Source: an uncultured virus (IMG/VR IMGVR_UViG_3300050010_000596) (taxonomy: Duplodnaviria > Heunggongvirae > Uroviricota > Caudoviricetes). Taken from it: a stretch of DNA of 24,159 bases. The stretch lies in the IMG/VR virus record IMGVR_UViG_3300050010_000596. The stretch is one strand, 5' to 3'. Each line of letters begins with the position of its first letter. The stretch's first letter is position 1. The position numbers were made by a program, and so were the translations under genes. Below, piece after piece: positions 22,836 through 24,159 of the stretch. Under the pieces are notes generated by a model that ran no database searches, had not been told where the DNA came from, and was given only the letters and a program-made list of their open reading frames with translations.

Positions 22836-24159
22836 TTAACTAAGTGAGAAGACGTTGTCGGTGAGGGTCGGCGCGGTGACCGGCACCGCCACTCCGTAAT
22901 CGATAACCAGGGTGTTGCCAGTCTGGGCGACCGTCAGGCCGGTGAGGCTGGTGGCGGTGGTCCAGGCAGCGCCCAGGATCGCCTGGACGTAGGCCGCGTA
23001 GTTGCTGTAGCCGCTGGTGGACGCGACTTGGTCTTCGGCGGGGAACTGCATTACCGTGGAGCCCAGCCAACCGCCCTCCAGCATCCAGTAGCCGTACTCG
23101 CCGAACTGGGTGGATTCGGCGTTGGTGGGGCCGGTGAAGGTCAGCGTGTGCTGTTCGGTGCTGCTGCCCGGATACAACCCATAGCTGCCAGTCACCGTGG
23201 CGGGGTTGCTGTCGATGCTGTCAGCCCCGGTGTTGTTGAAGCTCCAGCCGAACAGCTGTGTGGACTGGGTGGCGTCGGAGTAGATGTTCACGTTGTTCAG
23301 CAGGCCATACACGGGATTGCCGTACGCGCCCGAGGCACCGAACTGCAAGCCTCCTACACCCATGGTCTGCAAATCGAAGGTGATGGCGTCGGTGGCCGCC
23401 AAGGTGCCGTCGATGTAGAGCGAGCAATTCGTGCCGTCGTAGGTGACCAGCCAATGGTGGAAGGCAGCGTCTCCGGGGCCGAAGGGGTAGATTGCACCCC
23501 CGTTGGCGACCCGATAGGCACCGCCGCTGTAGCCAATCTCGATCATGGCCGTGACAACGGCCTGGTTGCCCCAGGCGATGATCGTGCCTGCCCCCAGGTC
23601 GCCGCCGACGGATTGATAGTCGAAAGAGATCGACCAGGGATTCGCCCCGAAAGCCAGCAGGGTGTCGTCGGCGGTGGCCACCATGCCGTTGCATTGCAGG
23701 GCCGCAGCGCCGCCCGTACCACCTACCTGCGTCTCCAGCAAGGTGATCGTGGTGTCCGTCTGGGCCGCGCCGCCGCCCGTGCCCGTGCCGGTGACGTGGC
23801 CACTACCTACAAGGGCATTGATCGTATAGCCCGCGAAAACCTGTGTAGGATCAATAATGGAAAGCAGCGCCGCACCGGTGCACGTTGTGGCTAAATCATC
23901 CAGTGCCTCCTGAACAGTGCTCGGAGCAGGGCTACCCCAATTTGCCGGGGTAGCTGGGGTGTAAGCCGCAGACAACCCCATCGCCTTTCCTTGATGCCCC
24001 TGGTGTCCGAGATGACCTTGGACCGTGGAGGCTGCCCCCTTCGAGCCCTGGTGTCCGAGATGACCTTGACGCCCCTGGTGTCCGAGATGACCTTGACGCC
24101 CCTGGTGTCCGAGATGACCTTGACGCCCCTGGTGTCCGAGATGACCTTGACGCCCCTGG
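22836..24159 (-). CDS. Collagen-like repeat + LamG/concanavalin A-like domain protein, probable tail fibre or adhesin; 5' end outside the window
   Basis: Frame stays open upstream of track start 23981: (QGRQGHLGH)n QGSKGAASTVQGHLGHQGHQGKA-MGLSAAY; YTPATPANW..PSTVQEALDDLA linker; LamG-like HHWLVTYDGTNCSLYIDG...LQFGA...GLLNNVNIYS. Confidence 0.85.
   Translation of the reverse strand, partial: QGRQGHLGHQGRQGHLGHQGRQGHLGHQGRQGHLGHQGSKGAASTVQGHLGHQGHQGKAMGLSAAYTPATPANWGSPAPSTVQEALDDLATTCTGAALLSIIDPTQVFAGYTINALVGSGHVTGTGTGGGAAQTDTTITLLETQVGGTGGAAALQCNGMVATADDTLLAFGANPWSISFDYQSVGGDLGAGTIIAWGNQAVVTAMIEIGYSGGAYRVANGGAIYPFGPGDAAFHHWLVTYDGTNCSLYIDGTLAATDAITFDLQTMGVGGLQFGASGAYGNPVYGLLNNVNIYSDATQSTQLFGWSFNNTGADSIDSNPATVTGSYGLYPGSSTEQHTLTFTGPTNAESTQFGEYGYWMLEGGWLGSTVMQFPAEDQVASTSGYSNYAAYVQAILGAAWTTATSLTGLTVAQTGNTLVIDYGVAVPVTAPTLTDNVFSLS
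23990..24159 (-). repeat. 27-bp tandem repeat (gcccctggtgtccgagatgaccttgac) encoding Gly-X-Y collagen triplets
   Basis: About four near-identical head-to-tail copies from ~24045 to the window end, plus a partial copy at ~23996. Confidence 0.92.

Noticed and set aside
23990..24159. CRISPR array
   Set aside because: Repeats are head-to-tail without unique spacers and translate in frame as collagen triplets

Overview
GC-rich, tightly packed, almost entirely minus-strand gene block. It most resembles a segment of a large (jumbo) phage or phage-like element; this is an inference, since no capsid, terminase or portal is visible. Recognisable contents: (1) a rearranged multi-subunit RNA polymerase, with beta fused to the N-terminal catalytic (NADFDGD) half of beta-prime (9157-13596) and the bridge-helix/trigger-loop half of beta-prime as a separate gene (4295-6190); (2) a LigD-type phosphoesterase + ATP-dependent DNA ligase gene that continues through a Zn-ribbon into a frameshifted NUDIX domain; (3) an intein in that gene whose HNH endonuclease is encoded on the opposite strand behind its own near-consensus sigma70 promoter; (4) an inverted endonuclease VII-type homing endonuclease next to the RNAP start; (5) a collagen/LamG fibre gene; (6) many hypothetical proteins sharing a K-x-A motif that may be a maturation-protease site. 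Seven minus-strand gene starts carry C-ANGGAN-G hairpins matching the CsrA/RsmA binding consensus. Two short +1-frame ORFs with their own RBS appear nested inside the RNAP and ligase genes. All calls come from reading motifs by eye; no database searches were run.
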